Shown here: positions 34,511-35,076 of the stretch, piece after piece
Position numbering within the stretch: position 1 is the first letter of the stretch
Layout: each line of letters starts with the position of its first letter
NCBI GenBank assembly: GCA_045631065.1
Contig: JAZQUA010000041.1
Location: 1-35,076, forward strand
DNA from: Candidatus Enterousia sp.
Lineage (GTDB): Bacteria; Pseudomonadota; Alphaproteobacteria; Rs-D84
Reading direction: 5' to 3'
Length of the DNA stretch: 35,076 nt
Position numbers and translations under genes: made by a program
Notes under the pieces: model-generated
Databases searched by the model: none
What the model was told of the DNA's origin: nothing
Seen by the model: the letters and a program-made list of their open reading frames with translations, nothing else

Positions 34511-35076
34511 TTAAATCTTGAAATTTGTATTTGCTGTAAATGTCTGAATTGTATACCCCAATGGGCGCACAACAGATGGCACTTGTGCGATAGCACCCGC
34601 GACCGCATCCAGGCCGTCATCGTGTCCGGTATACCCCACTGGCGACCAGCCAATCATTTCAGACAACAATGGTGTTTTTTGAATCCTGGTATGAGCATAC
34701 AGGCGTCCAGTACTTAACACCGGTTCAATCGCAGCCAAAATTCTGTCTGATTTTGATTTTGTATGTAATATGCGATTGATATATATCTTGCAACCGCGAC
34801 GCGACGCACAATCATGCATAATTTCTGGCACACCAATTCCAATACCATTTGTTTCAATTGTTATGTGACCAATCCCGCGCATATTCATAAAGTCAATTAT
34901 CATATCGCACTGACGCGACAATGGAAATTGTTCAGAATCAGATACCGTCAGGTATAAAATATCGTGAATAAATATGCGCTTGTTTTTATCATCGCGATAT
35001 ATCAGAACGCATGCACTGCCATCACGTCTACTGCGCCCTGTGGATGGATCCCAATATAAAACACAACCGGAAATCA
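34511..35076 (-). CDS. Phage terminase large subunit, C-terminal nuclease domain (5' part outside window)
   Basis: Frame open to window end: YWDPSTGRSRRDGSAC...IETNGIG...KSDRILAAIEP...GRL...HDDGLDAVAGAI. Confidence 0.87.
   Translation of the reverse strand, partial: ISGCVLYWDPSTGRSRRDGSACVLIYRDDKNKRIFIHDILYLTVSDSEQFPLSRQCDMIIDFMNMRGIGHITIETNGIGIGVPEIMHDCASRRGCKIYINRILHTKSKSDRILAAIEPVLSTGRLYAHTRIQKTPLLSEMIGWSPVGYTGHDDGLDAVAGAIAQVPSVVRPLGYTIQTFTANTNFKI

Noticed and set aside
146-34717. Many short or antisense ORFs in the six-frame track (e.g. 16712-17413, 21124-21777, 33529-34041, 9579-9785, 19365-19634)
   Set aside because: They are shadows of well-supported genes or overlap tRNAs and repeats, with no RBS or family motifs.

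Overview
AT-rich bacterial chromosomal segment. Gene content and order (frr-uppS-cdsA-rseP-bamA, recG, M48/BepA-like protease, xerC, trpS, ackA, three tRNAs) point to a Gram-negative organism, most consistent with a reduced-genome, host-associated alphaproteobacterium; the taxonomy is inference. Phage-derived genes are scattered among housekeeping genes with no phage integrase or prophage boundaries visible. They are a terminase-portal-Bbp19-like head module (32.8-35.1 kb, cut by the window edge), a stand-alone Mtd_N-like fibre gene (13.9 kb), and a locus beside tRNA-Lys. That locus encodes a MuF-motif/peptidoglycan-binding/Tlde1(DUF2778)-like toxin, a candidate immunity protein, an unannotated orphan fragment of a second Tlde1 catalytic tip, and a GH24 lysozyme. 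The toxin and lysozyme genes share a homologous, covarying terminator-like hairpin before the RBS. The toxin and fibre genes share a promoter plus double-terminator leader. Together this suggests a dispersed, co-regulated, domesticated phage-particle (GTA-like or toxin-delivery) system; this is a hypothesis. Other signals: a 171-bp tRNA-end repeat, a 53-bp structured element downstream of two different tRNAs, a leaderless Trp-containing leader peptide before trpS, a VirB7/VirB8-like cassette after bamA, a disulfide-rich repeat surface protein and a stand-alone OLD nuclease. All family calls come from motif recognition by eye, not database searches.
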